Shown here: piece after piece, positions 10,435 to 20,136 of the stretch
Layout of the letters: every line of letters starts with the position of its first letter
Position numbering within the stretch: position 1 is the first letter of the stretch
IMG/VR virus record: IMGVR_UViG_3300020183_000033
Span: 1-64,000 of that record
Reading direction: 5' to 3' (one strand)
Origin: a virus
DNA length: 64,000 bases
Position numbers and translations under genes: made by a program
The notes under the pieces: generated by a model
What the model was told of the DNA's origin: nothing
Databases searched by the model: none
The model's input: the letters and a program-made list of their open reading frames with translations, nothing else

Positions 10435-10959
10435 ATGGCATTTAATCTACAAAACTTTAAAGGAGCTCTAATCGGAGAAGGCGCAAGACCAACTCTGTTT
10501 GAAGCGTTTATCAACTTTCCAGACGGCGGTTTAGCAGATCGTAACTTCTCGTTTACCTGCCGCGCCGCTCAGCTACCTGGTAAGACAATTGGTGTGATCG
10601 AAGTACCATACTTTGGTCGTAAGGTTAAGGTTGCTGGCGACCAGACATTCGCTGAATGGACAGTCACTGTAATCAACGACGAATCGTTTATTACAAGAAA
10701 TGCATTTGAGAGATGGATGAGTAGTATCAACCAACACGCTGGAAACATCAGAACAAATCCTGATTATACAGCTAATGCTGATGTAACACAATTCGCTAAA
10801 GACGGAATACCGATTAAGATTTATAGATTTATTGGTATGTTCCCAACTGACCTGGCAGCAATTGATGTGGCTTGGGATACAAACGATGCCCTTGAAGAGT
10901 ATACCGTTACATTACAATATCAGTGGTGGGAAACAATAGATACAACAGACAGATCTTAG
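10435..10959 (+). CDS. gp19: Tail tube protein
   Basis: GARPTLF, LPGKTIGVIEVPYFGR..AGD.TF.EW. Confidence 0.92.
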   Translation: MAFNLQNFKGALIGEGARPTLFEAFINFPDGGLADRNFSFTCRAAQLPGKTIGVIEVPYFGRKVKVAGDQTFAEWTVTVINDESFITRNAFERWMSSINQHAGNIRTNPDYTANADVTQFAKDGIPIKIYRFIGMFPTDLAAIDVAWDTNDALEEYTVTLQYQWWETIDTTDRS

Positions 10960-10976
10960 TTTGATAGGACAAATTC

Positions 10977-12497
10977 ATGGCCTTTGATTTCTTTGGTTTT
11001 AGTATAGTTAAGAAAGAAGTACCACAGGAGGAGACACCGTCAATAAACAATGTTGTTCCTCCTGTGGACACGGAAGGTTCAATTGTTTCGAGCGGCGGTT
11101 ATTTCGGAACACATTACAACCTTGAGTTTTCTTCAACTAACGAAAACCTACTCATCAATAAATATCGCGAAATCTCCCTGCAGCCTGAAGTAGAATCAGC
11201 TGTAGACGAAATCGTTAACGAAGCTATTGCCGCAGTTGACGACGAAGCTCCAGTTGAAGTTAAACTCGATCAAGTAAAGTATTCAGACGAGATCAAGGGT
11301 TTGATTAGAGAAGAATTTGAAAATGTTCTTTCTCTTTTAAACTTTAGAGAAAACGCTTATGAAATCTTCAAGCGTTGGTATGTAGATGGTAGAATTCAGT
11401 ATTATATTGCTATTGATACGAAGAGTCCTGAAAAGGGTATTCAAGAGTTGTCCTATATGGACCCAAGAAAGCTCAAGAAGATCAAGGAAGTTCATCGTAA
11501 GAGAAACAAGAGAGGCGTTGAGATCATTGACAATGTAGAAGAGTTTTATATCTACAACGATCAACAATCTCTTAAGATTCCTAATGACTCGATCGCTTCT
11601 GTTACCTCTGGGTTGGTTGATGATAAGAATAATATTGTAGTTCTTTCTTATCTACATAAGGCTATTAAGCCATTGAACCAGCTTAGAATGCTTGAAGATT
11701 CAACTGTTATCTATAGGCTATCGCGTGCACCTGAACGAAGAATTTTCTATGTTGACGTAGGTAATCTTCCAAAGGTAAAGGCCGAACAATATCTAAACGA
11801 AATCATGGGTAAGTATCGTAACAAGATTGTTTACGATGCCGAAACTGGTGAAATCAGGGATGACAAGAAGACTCTTTCGATGCAAGACGACTTCTGGATT
11901 CCTCGTCGAGAAGGTGGTAAGGGAACAGAAATCACTACCCTTCCATCAGGACAAAACCTTGGCGAACTAGATGATATTAAATACTTCCAGCGCAAGTTGT
12001 ACAGATGTTTAAACGTGCCTGTTGGGAGAATTGAAGACAACTCTACGTTTAACACAGGTAGAGCAACTGAGATCAACCGTGAAGAAATTAAATTCTTCAA
12101 GTTTATTCAGAGACTTAGAAATAGATTTTCAGCACTGTTCCATGATCTGCTCAAAAAACAGTTGATCCTGAAGAGAGTAATTACACCAGAAGACTGGGAC
12201 TCAGAATTAAGCACCAGAATCTTCTACGATTTTAAACAGGACTCTCACTTCTTGGAATATTCAGAAGCTGAAATCATGACAAAAAGAATTGAACTTGCTC
12301 AGTCAGCAGTACAGTTGGGCGAAGATTATTTTTCAGTTGATTATATCAAGAAGCATATTCTGAAGATGACTGAAGTTCAGATCGACAAGATAGATACAGA
12401 CAAGGATTTAGAAGCTTTAGAAGATGAAGGCGACGCGGGAGAAACTCCTACTGAACCTTCTGCTGAAACAGAATTTGAAGTTGAGCAACAAGCTTAA
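10977..12497 (+). CDS. gp20: Portal vertex protein
   Basis: WYVDGR, YRLSRAPERRIFYVDVGNLP, DFWIPRREGGKGTEI. Confidence 0.95.
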   Translation: MAFDFFGFSIVKKEVPQEETPSINNVVPPVDTEGSIVSSGGYFGTHYNLEFSSTNENLLINKYREISLQPEVESAVDEIVNEAIAAVDDEAPVEVKLDQVKYSDEIKGLIREEFENVLSLLNFRENAYEIFKRWYVDGRIQYYIAIDTKSPEKGIQELSYMDPRKLKKIKEVHRKRNKRGVEIIDNVEEFYIYNDQQSLKIPNDSIASVTSGLVDDKNNIVVLSYLHKAIKPLNQLRMLEDSTVIYRLSRAPERRIFYVDVGNLPKVKAEQYLNEIMGKYRNKIVYDAETGEIRDDKKTLSMQDDFWIPRREGGKGTEITTLPSGQNLGELDDIKYFQRKLYRCLNVPVGRIEDNSTFNTGRATEINREEIKFFKFIQRLRNRFSALFHDLLKKQLILKRVITPEDWDSELSTRIFYDFKQDSHFLEYSEAEIMTKRIELAQSAVQLGEDYFSVDYIKKHILKMTEVQIDKIDTDKDLEALEDEGDAGETPTEPSAETEFEVEQQA

Positions 12498-12516
12498 ATA
12501 CTCTATTGAGGAATAT

Positions 12517-12669
12517 ATGAATAAAAAAGAGGAAGCACTAAAAGGTATTATTGAAAACGCCAGGGACAACAAACCTGCTAACATTGGTCCTCTAGTGGAT
12601 AAGTTGATGGCTGAAAAAGTCAAAGAAATTATTGTACAAAAGCAAAAAGAAATTTCAAAACAGCTTTAA
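12517..12669 (+). CDS. Small prohead core protein (gp67-like position)
   Basis: ATG with GAGG RBS, 50 aa, syntenic position after the portal gene. Confidence 0.5.
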   Translation: MNKKEEALKGIIENARDNKPANIGPLVDKLMAEKVKEIIVQKQKEISKQL

Positions 12670-12678
12670 GGAAAAGAC

Positions 12679-13197
12679 ATGGCAACCATACAACCACTCA
12701 AAGAAGATCAGAACAGATCGGTTCTGTTAGTTACTGGAACTGGATCGGAAACAGGTACAATTGTTGTTAATGGTGCTGCATTAACAGGTGCAATTAACGG
12801 TGCAACAGGCCCCCTGCCTTTTTACAATTTTCAAGTAGAATCAATTAATTGGTCGTTCCCTTATGACAAACCAGGTTATTTATCATGGCAAGGAGCGACT
12901 GGTTTTTTTGTGATGAACGGCACTGGCCAGGTTAGACTAAAGAGAGATTTTTCTTCAACAGCATATAACTACGTCCAGAGTCCATACTATGGTGCAACAG
13001 GCGTTGCTGGTAAGACTGCTTCGTATTACACCAGCACTGGTACAACCTGGGCTGGCGCTACTGGATTTGCAACAACTTCAGGTAACATTGTTCTCAACTA
13101 TGCTGGAACAGACGGATATTCATTTGTTATCACGGTTCTCAAGAATACCGATACCTATGACAGATACTTCTCGGTGGAACCAGTACTAAGCTTGTAA
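12679..13197 (+). CDS. Putative virion protein with four GATG motifs
   Basis: G/T-rich, beta-rich ORF in the head operon. Confidence 0.55.
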   Translation: MATIQPLKEDQNRSVLLVTGTGSETGTIVVNGAALTGAINGATGPLPFYNFQVESINWSFPYDKPGYLSWQGATGFFVMNGTGQVRLKRDFSSTAYNYVQSPYYGATGVAGKTASYYTSTGTTWAGATGFATTSGNIVLNYAGTDGYSFVITVLKNTDTYDRYFSVEPVLSL

Positions 13198-13207
13198 AGA
13201 GGAATAA

Positions 13208-13858
13208 ATGAAACTCCTAAAAGAAGTCACAGAAAAAGTTAAAGTTAAAGTCTTGGCCGAAGGTGTCGAAGCCAATAAGAAGTATTTTATTGAAGGCATC
13301 TTTATTCAAGGTGACGTCGCTAACCGCAACAACCGCAAGTATCCTATAAATACTCTTAAAGAAGAGATTGATAGATATACAAGAGAATACATCAACCAGA
13401 ATAGAGCTTATGGTGAGTTAGGTCACCCTGACACACCAACAATTCAGCTAGACCGTGTTTGTCATATGATTCGTTCTTTAACACAGGACGGAAAGAACTT
13501 TATTGGTAAAGCTGAAATTCTATCAACTCCTAATGGAAATATTGTAAAGGCACTTATTGATGCTGGAGCTACATTAGGCGTGTCATCTAGAGGGGTTGGT
13601 TCACTAAAACAAGAAGGCACAGTTAACATTGTTCAACCTGATTTTAGATTGATGACTGCCGCAGACATCGTAGCTGATCCTTCTGCTCCTGAAGCCTTTG
13701 TTTCTGCTGTTATGGAAGAAAAAGAGTGGATGTGGAACAACGGTATCTTGGTAGAAAAGTCAGTATCAGAGTACAAGAACAGAATCAAGAAGTCATCTAA
13801 GAAAAGTCTTGCAGAAGAAAAGATCAAGATCTTCGAAGATTTTCTGTCGAAACTTTAA
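13208..13858 (+). CDS. gp21: Prohead protease
   Basis: YGELGHP, GVSSRGVGSL, DIVADPSAP. Confidence 0.95.
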   Translation: MKLLKEVTEKVKVKVLAEGVEANKKYFIEGIFIQGDVANRNNRKYPINTLKEEIDRYTREYINQNRAYGELGHPDTPTIQLDRVCHMIRSLTQDGKNFIGKAEILSTPNGNIVKALIDAGATLGVSSRGVGSLKQEGTVNIVQPDFRLMTAADIVADPSAPEAFVSAVMEEKEWMWNNGILVEKSVSEYKNRIKKSSKKSLAEEKIKIFEDFLSKL

Positions 13859-13896
13859 TTTATATAAATACTATTAATTAAATTAGGAGATCTCAC

Positions 13897-15309
13897 ATGG
13901 CCCACGATAAATTAGCTTTCGAGAACATCTTTGAAGGCAACGACATCAACCCAGAAATGAAGGAAAAGATCACTTCACTTCTAAACGATGTTGTTGAACG
14001 CAAGGTAGAGGCTCGTCTAGCTGAAGAAGCAGAACACGAAGAAGACGAAGACGAAGACGAAAAGAAGGTTGACGAAGCTGGTTATCCTGTAAAGGAAGAC
14101 GAAGATGAAGAATCTGAAGAAGAACCAGTAGAAGAAGCCGAGTCCGAAGATTCCGAAGACGAAAAAGAAGTAGAAGAAGCCGCCGACGAAGACGAAGAAG
14201 AGCCAGTCGAAGAAGCTGAAGACGAAAAAGAAGAAGAGCCAGTCGAAGAAGCTGAAGACGAAAAAGAAGAAGAGCCAGTCGAAGAAGCTGAAGAAGAACA
14301 CGAACACGAAGACGAAAAAGAAGAAGAGCCAGTCGAAGAAGCTATGTCCGACTCCCAGATGAAGAAGCGCGACGAAATCGTCAAAGCTATGATGAAGGGC
14401 AAAGAAGGTATGAAGAAGCGTTACGGCTCTCGTTGGCAAGAAGTAATGTTTGCAACTGCTACAAAGCAAGCTATGGACGAATCAAGCTATGATCTAGAAG
14501 AAGATGCCGCATCTGAAATGGTAGGTAAGCTAGCTGACATTATCCAGAACGTAAACATCAAGCGCGTTGGTTCTGCTGATGAAAAGGCTTTCGGTAAGTC
14601 TATGAGCAAGTTCAAGACTGCCTTCGGTGCCGCATTCCGAGATCTAGCAAATAACAAGATGGCTGCTCCTGCAGTCGAATTTCTATCAAATCTAATAAAT
14701 ACTATCGCTACTGACTCAACATTGTCTGCTAGAATTGCTGGCGATATTCGCAAGACAGTAAAGCAAGAGATAGAAGAACAATATTCTCAGCAGATTGATA
14801 AGTACCTAACTTATGTTGCTGAACAATGGGCTGAGGAAAACAAGTTGGCACTTGAAAATGGGATCAAGGTACAACTTGCTGAATCGTTCCTAAAGAAGTT
14901 TGACGAACTTTATTCACAATTCAACTTTAAGGCTGTGCCTGAAAGAGACATGGTAGTTGAGATGACCCAAAAGGTTGTTGATGCTGAACTCAGACTTAAT
15001 GAACAAATTGAAAAAAACGCCAATCTTCTAAACAAGATGAACAAGCAAAAGAAGGAAAACCTAATTAACGAAGCGACGAAGGGACTAACTGCAACCCAAG
15101 TAGAAAAGTTCAAGAAACTCGTTGAGAGCGTGACCTTTGAAAATGCTTCTTCTTTTGAACAAAAGTTACAAACGATTAAAGAAACTGCGTTCACCAAAGA
15201 AGTACTAAAGGGCGATACCATGTTAGAAGAATCAATTGCTCCACAGCAACCTTCTAACGAAAGAATCACTAAGTACGTGGATGCGATTTCGAAAAATCTC
15301 AAGTTTTAA
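13897..15309 (+). CDS. gp22: Prohead core scaffolding protein with acidic repeat insertion
   Basis: IDKYLTYVAEQWAEENKLALENGIK motif; lies between gp21 and gp23. Confidence 0.88.
   Translation: MAHDKLAFENIFEGNDINPEMKEKITSLLNDVVERKVEARLAEEAEHEEDEDEDEKKVDEAGYPVKEDEDEESEEEPVEEAESEDSEDEKEVEEAADEDEEEPVEEAEDEKEEEPVEEAEDEKEEEPVEEAEEEHEHEDEKEEEPVEEAMSDSQMKKRDEIVKAMMKGKEGMKKRYGSRWQEVMFATATKQAMDESSYDLEEDAASEMVGKLADIIQNVNIKRVGSADEKAFGKSMSKFKTAFGAAFRDLANNKMAAPAVEFLSNLINTIATDSTLSARIAGDIRKTVKQEIEEQYSQQIDKYLTYVAEQWAEENKLALENGIKVQLAESFLKKFDELYSQFNFKAVPERDMVVEMTQKVVDAELRLNEQIEKNANLLNKMNKQKKENLINEATKGLTATQVEKFKKLVESVTFENASSFEQKLQTIKETAFTKEVLKGDTMLEESIAPQQPSNERITKYVDAISKNLKF
14120..14343 (+). repeat. In-frame ~33-bp tandem repeats (EDEKEEEPVEEA) in gp22
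   Basis: GAAGACGAAAAAGAAGAAGAGCCAGTCGAAGAAGCT repeated. Confidence 0.9.
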
Positions 15310-15361
15310 TTTTTTATAAATAAAAGTATAATTCTTTTTTCAAGGAGAAACAAACACCAAA

Positions 15362-16639
15362 ATGTCACAACATTTAATCGAAAAGTGGAAGGAAGTTCTA
15401 GACCATCCTGGTCTGGCTCCTATCTCAGACAACCATAAGAAGGCAGTAACAGCTATCCTTCTAGAAAACCAGGAAATCGACGCAGTCCAGCAAAGCCGCA
15501 TTCTTTCAGAAGTCAATGATGCTTCTGCTGTTCTCGGTGTAGCTGCTTCTGGCGGTTCCTTCGACCCAATCCTCATTGCTCTAGTTCGTCGCGCTATGCC
15601 TCAGCTAATGGCTTATGATGTCTGTGGTGTTCAGCCAATGAGCATGCCAACAGGCCTTATTTTCGCCATGAAGGCACGCTACGGTTCTGGTACAACCTCG
15701 AACGGCGAAGCCCTCTACGTCAATCCAAACATTGGCGCCACTGGCTTCTTCGGCGACGCAAATACAGCATACTCTGGTACAGGCACCTCACAAGGAACTG
15801 ATCCATTTGATGCTGCTTATGCAACAGGTACTGGTCTCTCGACAGCTTCTGGCGAAAGTGTAACACCCGCTGAATTGGGTTTCACAATCGAGAAGGTTAC
15901 AGTAACAGCCAAGACCCGCGCTCTCAAGTCCGAATACTCAATCGAACTTGCTCAGGATCTCAAGGCTGTTCACGGTCTCGATGCTGAATCAGAACTTTCA
16001 AACATTCTTTCTGCTGAAATTATGTTTGAAATCAACCGTGAAATCATGCGTACCATGTATGCTATCGCTAAGACTGGTGCTCAAAAGGGTACAACAACTG
16101 CTGGTCAATTTGACCTTGATACCGATTCTGATGGCCGTTGGTCAGTAGAACGCTTTAAGGGTCTTATGTTCCAAGCAGACCGCGATGCTAACTTTATTGC
16201 CCGTGACACACGTCGCGGCAAGGGTAACTTTATCGTAGTTTCTTCAGACGTTGCTTCTGCTCTTGCAATGGCTGGCAAGCTCGATTACGCTCCTGCTCTT
16301 TCAACCGACCTCAACGTCGACGAAGCTCAGGATACTTTCTGCGGTGTTCTTAACGGCAAGTATCGTGTCTATGTTGATCCATACTTCGCTTCCACCACAA
16401 ACGACCTCATGATGGTTGGTTATAAGGGCAAGTCCCCATATGACGCAGGTATGTTCTTCTGTCCATATGTACCACTCCAGCAGGTTCGTGCAGTTGATCC
16501 TAACACCTTCCAGCCAAAGATTGGTTTCAAGACCCGCTATGGTCTAGTTGGCAATCCTTACTTCGGTTCTTCCGCTGGTGGTTTGGATGCAGGTACAAAC
16601 GGTTACTATCGTAAGATTGTTGTTAAGAATCTTATGTAA
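15362..16639 (+). CDS. gp23: Major capsid protein
   Basis: LVRRAMP, GVQPM, ELAQDLKAVHGLDA, FQPKIGFKTRYG. Confidence 0.97.
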   Translation: MSQHLIEKWKEVLDHPGLAPISDNHKKAVTAILLENQEIDAVQQSRILSEVNDASAVLGVAASGGSFDPILIALVRRAMPQLMAYDVCGVQPMSMPTGLIFAMKARYGSGTTSNGEALYVNPNIGATGFFGDANTAYSGTGTSQGTDPFDAAYATGTGLSTASGESVTPAELGFTIEKVTVTAKTRALKSEYSIELAQDLKAVHGLDAESELSNILSAEIMFEINREIMRTMYAIAKTGAQKGTTTAGQFDLDTDSDGRWSVERFKGLMFQADRDANFIARDTRRGKGNFIVVSSDVASALAMAGKLDYAPALSTDLNVDEAQDTFCGVLNGKYRVYVDPYFASTTNDLMMVGYKGKSPYDAGMFFCPYVPLQQVRAVDPNTFQPKIGFKTRYGLVGNPYFGSSAGGLDAGTNGYYRKIVVKNLM

Positions 16640-16664
16640 ACCTTTCCTCAGGGGAAAGAAAATC

Positions 16665-16692
16665 GGGGAGCCATTTGGCTCCCCTTTTTTTA
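16665..16692 (+). terminator. Intrinsic terminator after gp23
   Basis: GGGGAGCC-ATTT-GGCTCCCC followed by a T run. Confidence 0.85.
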
Positions 16693-17232
16693 TTACCTCA
16701 ACCCTAGTGCTGTTCTTCCTGGTGTCTTGTGATCCTTATGCATAAAAGTTTTATATCGGTGACAATTCGCGCAAAGAGTTTGAATATTTTCGTCTGAGTT
16801 ATTAGAAGGGTTTCCGTCAACGTGATCTACTTCTAGCATGATGTCGTGTGCAATTTTAGCCGTGCAAACATACCCAAGCCTTCCGTCTTTGTTCTCGCAA
16901 AATGACTTCTTACCTTGTCTTTTAATCTTGCTCTGCCTAAAGTATTCATTCAATGAAATTCCTCTTTTTGCAGCTACTTTTTCGTTGCACAATCTTTTGT
17001 ATTCTTTCAAAGTGAGTCCTTGACTCTTAGCCGTTTTAACTTCGGTGCAACGGTTGCACAACTTATGAAAATACTTTTTTCCATTGCCCGTCATCGAAAT
17101 CTTGCACATTTTGTCACAACCAGCAGTCGTGCAGATTGGTCTATTGATTTCTTTGTTCATATCCAGTAGCTCCAGTAAACCCAGTGGCTCCAGTAAACCC
17201 AGTAGATCCATCGAATTGATTTCTTTGTTCAT
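16693..17232 (-). CDS. HNH endonuclease
   Basis: LEVDHVDGNPSNN...NIQTLCANCH. Confidence 0.85.
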   Translation of the reverse strand: MNKEINSMDLLGLLEPLGLLELLDMNKEINRPICTTAGCDKMCKISMTGNGKKYFHKLCNRCTEVKTAKSQGLTLKEYKRLCNEKVAAKRGISLNEYFRQSKIKRQGKKSFCENKDGRLGYVCTAKIAHDIMLEVDHVDGNPSNNSDENIQTLCANCHRYKTFMHKDHKTPGRTALGLR

Positions 17233-17234
17233 AT
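17143..17234. repeat. 20-bp direct repeat flanking a 52-bp insert
   Basis: ATTGATTTCTTTGTTCATAT at 17143-17162 and 17215-17234. Confidence 0.9.
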
Positions 17235-17248
17235 GAATAGGTTCCTTA

Positions 17249-17458
17249 TTACAGGAGGCTCATCTCAATTCTTTCCTTGTTCATCATGATCTTCCAGCGT
17301 TTGATCCAATGCGGAAGCGAACGAACCATACCATTCTGAAGTGCTTCTAAATTAAACAACACTCGCGAAGCCCAGTAGAACGAGGAATAGCCTGTTCGTA
17401 CAACCATAATACCGTGTACAACTGCAAAGCAAATAGAAATCTCGGTTAGTGTATTCAT
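17249..17458 (-). CDS. Hypothetical small protein
   Basis: ORF with AAGGAAAG RBS in the minus-strand run. Confidence 0.5.
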   Translation of the reverse strand: MNTLTEISICFAVVHGIMVVRTGYSSFYWASRVLFNLEALQNGMVRSLPHWIKRWKIMMNKERIEMSLL

Positions 17459-17484
17459 AATATCTTTCCTTTTTAGTATAACCC

Positions 17485-18486
17485 TTATCGGACCTTAAAG
17501 CAGGTGACTTCAGCAACGTCACGGAAGTCTTCGTCTGAGTCGGCGAAGAGTATGATCTTTGCCAGTTTACCAACCATACGCAGCGACAGTTCGCGCAGCC
17601 GAGTATAGTTTTCTTCGATAAAGTTCATCAGATCCGAGGTCTGGGTTTCAGACAAGCCAAGCGTGTAAGCCATGTCGGTGTTCTGAAGAACGTCCTTGAT
17701 GCGAAGCAGGTATTCGCGAGAAGAACCCATGTTGAGGTCGATGTAGAACGAACGAGAGATAAGAGCAGAAAAGTGCGGAGCCAGTTTGTTGCCCTGGTTA
17801 ATCATCTGTTCGAAGTTCAGGTTGGTGATGAATACGATCGAACCACGATACTCAAAAGAGTTCGGAATCTCTTCGCCGCATTCGTCTTCGAAACGCTTTT
17901 CCGATCGCCATGCCAGAACTCTTTTCTTCGAAGAATCAAGAGCAGCCTTCAACAAATTTAAGGAAACTTCGTCCTGGAAAGCAGAGTCGCAATCGTCGAG
18001 CAGGATGACCTGGTTTTCTTCGCGGTTTTCCCAGAGAAGTTTATAAAGGCCAGTCGCCTTCATAAAGCCACGAACGGCAGTGTACTGAATCTTTTCTTCG
18101 GATTCAGAAGATTCCAACAGACCTTCAATCGTATAGGTTTTACCAATACCAGCAGGACCAGAGACGATCATTGAGCGAACGTTGCCAGCGACAACGCCAT
18201 CAGCCATACGGTTCAGGGTACGGAACTTGCGACGTTGAGAAGTCAGCAATTCTTCGTCGGTCACGACAGGCTTGGAAACGGCAACAGCAGCAGTCACAGT
18301 AGTACCACCATTCTTGGTAAATTGAGAAATATCATAAAGGCCACGGTCAATTTTGTTGACGGTCAAAAAGCCAGGGTTCACACCATACTTTTCCCAGACT
18401 TCCATGAGATTCTTGCGAGTCACCTTGTCGCCGAACTTTTCACCGAGTTCGTTAATCATTTGCTGGCGGATTTCGTTAACCTTCAT
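17485..18486 (-). CDS. AAA+ ATPase with N-terminal putative DNA-binding domain
   Basis: GPAGIGKT Walker A, LLDDCD Walker B; probable start ATG 18486 below an early promoter. Confidence 0.8.
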   Translation of the reverse strand: MKVNEIRQQMINELGEKFGDKVTRKNLMEVWEKYGVNPGFLTVNKIDRGLYDISQFTKNGGTTVTAAVAVSKPVVTDEELLTSQRRKFRTLNRMADGVVAGNVRSMIVSGPAGIGKTYTIEGLLESSESEEKIQYTAVRGFMKATGLYKLLWENREENQVILLDDCDSAFQDEVSLNLLKAALDSSKKRVLAWRSEKRFEDECGEEIPNSFEYRGSIVFITNLNFEQMINQGNKLAPHFSALISRSFYIDLNMGSSREYLLRIKDVLQNTDMAYTLGLSETQTSDLMNFIEENYTRLRELSLRMVGKLAKIILFADSDEDFRDVAEVTCFKVR

Positions 18487-18499
18487 AACAATACTATCA

Positions 18500-18772
18500 T
18501 AGCACGAAAGTGCGACGAACACAAGGACTTTATTCCCTTTAGAATCAGTGACTTGACTGCAACTCGTTGATTCTAAAGGGAAAGATTTTTTAGACTTTTT
18601 TAGCCTTTCTCGCGTGCACGTATGCATGCATATAATAGGGTGAAAACCAAAACTTTTTTTATCATTTGTTTTCAATGGTTTACGCACAAGTCGTTGATTC
18701 TAAAGGGAATAAAGTTCTTGTGTTTTTTGGAAGTCTATGCTATGATAGTTCTATAAGGTTGATTGAAACAAT
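18500..18772. promoter_or_regulatory. Divergent early promoter module with two palindromic IHF-like elements
   Basis: CCCTTTAGAATCA-N20-TGATTCTAAAGGG (18535-18580), a second copy ending 18707, TTGTGT-17-TATGAT rightward promoter and a mirror leftward promoter. Confidence 0.75.
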
Positions 18773-19147
18773 ATGAAAAACGTTTCTCTACCCACTGTCA
18801 CGAAAAACGATTGCTATGGTCGTCCTATGATGTCGATAAATGTAGAAAAAGTGTATAATCGTGGTCTGGCTGATCGACGTCTTGAGCGATTGCTTTCTGG
18901 AAGTGCAGACGCGAATTTCAGGTTTCAAGATCTTCGCGGATTCTTGCTGCGCTTCGGCTTTGGAGAGAGAATTAAGGGGAGTCATCACATCTTTAAAATT
19001 GATGGCGTTGGTGAGATTTTGAACCTTCAACCGAGGGGAACCACGGCGAAGCCTTACCAGGTGAACCAGGTTCGAAATTCTTTTTGTAGGATCTTTAATT
19101 TAGATGTTGGCTGGAATTGGTATTCAGTTAATAAAACTACCTGCTAA
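18773..19147 (+). CDS. HicA-like mRNA interferase (no adjacent HicB)
   Basis: DANFRFQDL..LL.FGF.ERIKGSHHIF...ILNLQP...AKPYQV. Confidence 0.75.
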   Translation: MKNVSLPTVTKNDCYGRPMMSINVEKVYNRGLADRRLERLLSGSADANFRFQDLRGFLLRFGFGERIKGSHHIFKIDGVGEILNLQPRGTTAKPYQVNQVRNSFCRIFNLDVGWNWYSVNKTTC

Positions 19148-19210
19148 ACCATTGATTTTAAAGTAAATAAAGTTCTTGTGTTTTTCGGAAGGATACGGTA
19201 GAATAATATT

Positions 19211-19312
19211 ATGAAAGAAGGAATCAACTCCTCTCGCTTTGAAGAACTCACCAGTTTTCTGGCGTTTCTCTTCTTCTTGTTTGTGATGTATCTGTGGTTA
19301 GCGCTACTCTAA
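19211..19312 (+). CDS. Small membrane peptide
   Basis: MKEGINSSRFEELTSFLAFLFFLFVMYLWLALL directly after an early promoter. Confidence 0.45.
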   Translation: MKEGINSSRFEELTSFLAFLFFLFVMYLWLALL

Positions 19313-19458
19313 TGTTGCGCTTCCGTACACGATTTGAAACTTCCCTTGCTGAGATCTCTCTTTTACTTAAAGAGGGATGGGAAATCTACGACTCAGACGA
19401 AGACGGCTACTGGCTGTTTCTCGAAACTTAATCTTTTTTGTAAGAGGTGATTTAAAAT

Positions 19459-19737
19459 ATGGCACGCACAAAGATTGACCGTATGGTCGCACTGAAGAAT
19501 TTCGTTTTTTCCTTAAAGGAAAGGTATCCAAGAGATTACTTCTACCCATACGACCGCGCTACAATCGAAAATATTGCTGAAACAAATCCTATTGGCCTGA
19601 CGATGTTCGCTCACGCAAAGCAAGGCTACGGAAAGATGACTCGGCTGAGTCGTGGGATGTATGTGATCCCTGCTGACTGGGAAAATGGTAATGCTCCCTG
19701 GGAAGTGAAAACGAACACAATTACCGCTACTGCATGA
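19459..19737 (+). CDS. Hypothetical protein (winged-helix-like, RLSRGMY motif)
   Basis: GAGGTG RBS; motif shared with N-termini of two ATPases in this window. Confidence 0.55.
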   Translation: MARTKIDRMVALKNFVFSLKERYPRDYFYPYDRATIENIAETNPIGLTMFAHAKQGYGKMTRLSRGMYVIPADWENGNAPWEVKTNTITATA

Positions 19738-20123
19738 ACAAACGCACAAAAAAGATCTTCCGAGATTTGACTTCGGTGGCAGCGGCTACTCCAAAGGTAG
19801 CAAACCATAGATTGGCTGCTGCTATCGTTTCCAAGGGAAAAATTATTTCCATCGGAAGTTCTTCTTACAAATCGTCGCCGTTTCAGAAGAAGTATGCTGC
19901 TGATGAGCACAAGATCTTCTTGCACGCAGAGATCTCTGCCATCAAAAAAGCTCTTCGATCTCTGACGGTTGACGAACTAAAGGCGACTTCACTCTATGTG
20001 TGCAGAGTGAAGTCGCGGGGTTGGGGAAACTCCAAGCCTTGTATTGGTTGTCAGCGAGCAATTGTTGAGTTCGGTATTAAGAACGTTTGGTACACTACAG
20101 AGTCAGGCCTAAAATGTTTATAA
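19734..20123 (+). CDS. Zinc-dependent nucleotide deaminase (CMP/dCMP family)
   Basis: HAE and SKPCIGC motifs. Confidence 0.85.
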   Translation: MNKRTKKIFRDLTSVAAATPKVANHRLAAAIVSKGKIISIGSSSYKSSPFQKKYAADEHKIFLHAEISAIKKALRSLTVDELKATSLYVCRVKSRGWGNSKPCIGCQRAIVEFGIKNVWYTTESGLKCL

Positions 20124-20136
20124 AGGATAAGGATAA

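Noticed and set aside
14017-14469. Phe-rich and Ser-rich antisense ORFs
   Set aside because: Shadows of the GAA-rich gp22 repeats
17143-17234. Mini CRISPR array
   Set aside because: Only two 20-bp non-palindromic repeats, which are the gene's own start codons; no cas genes in the window. Kept as an insertion finding.
18487-18687. N-terminal 67-aa extension of the AAA ATPase
   Set aside because: Runs through the promoter/palindrome module; real start is likely ATG 18486
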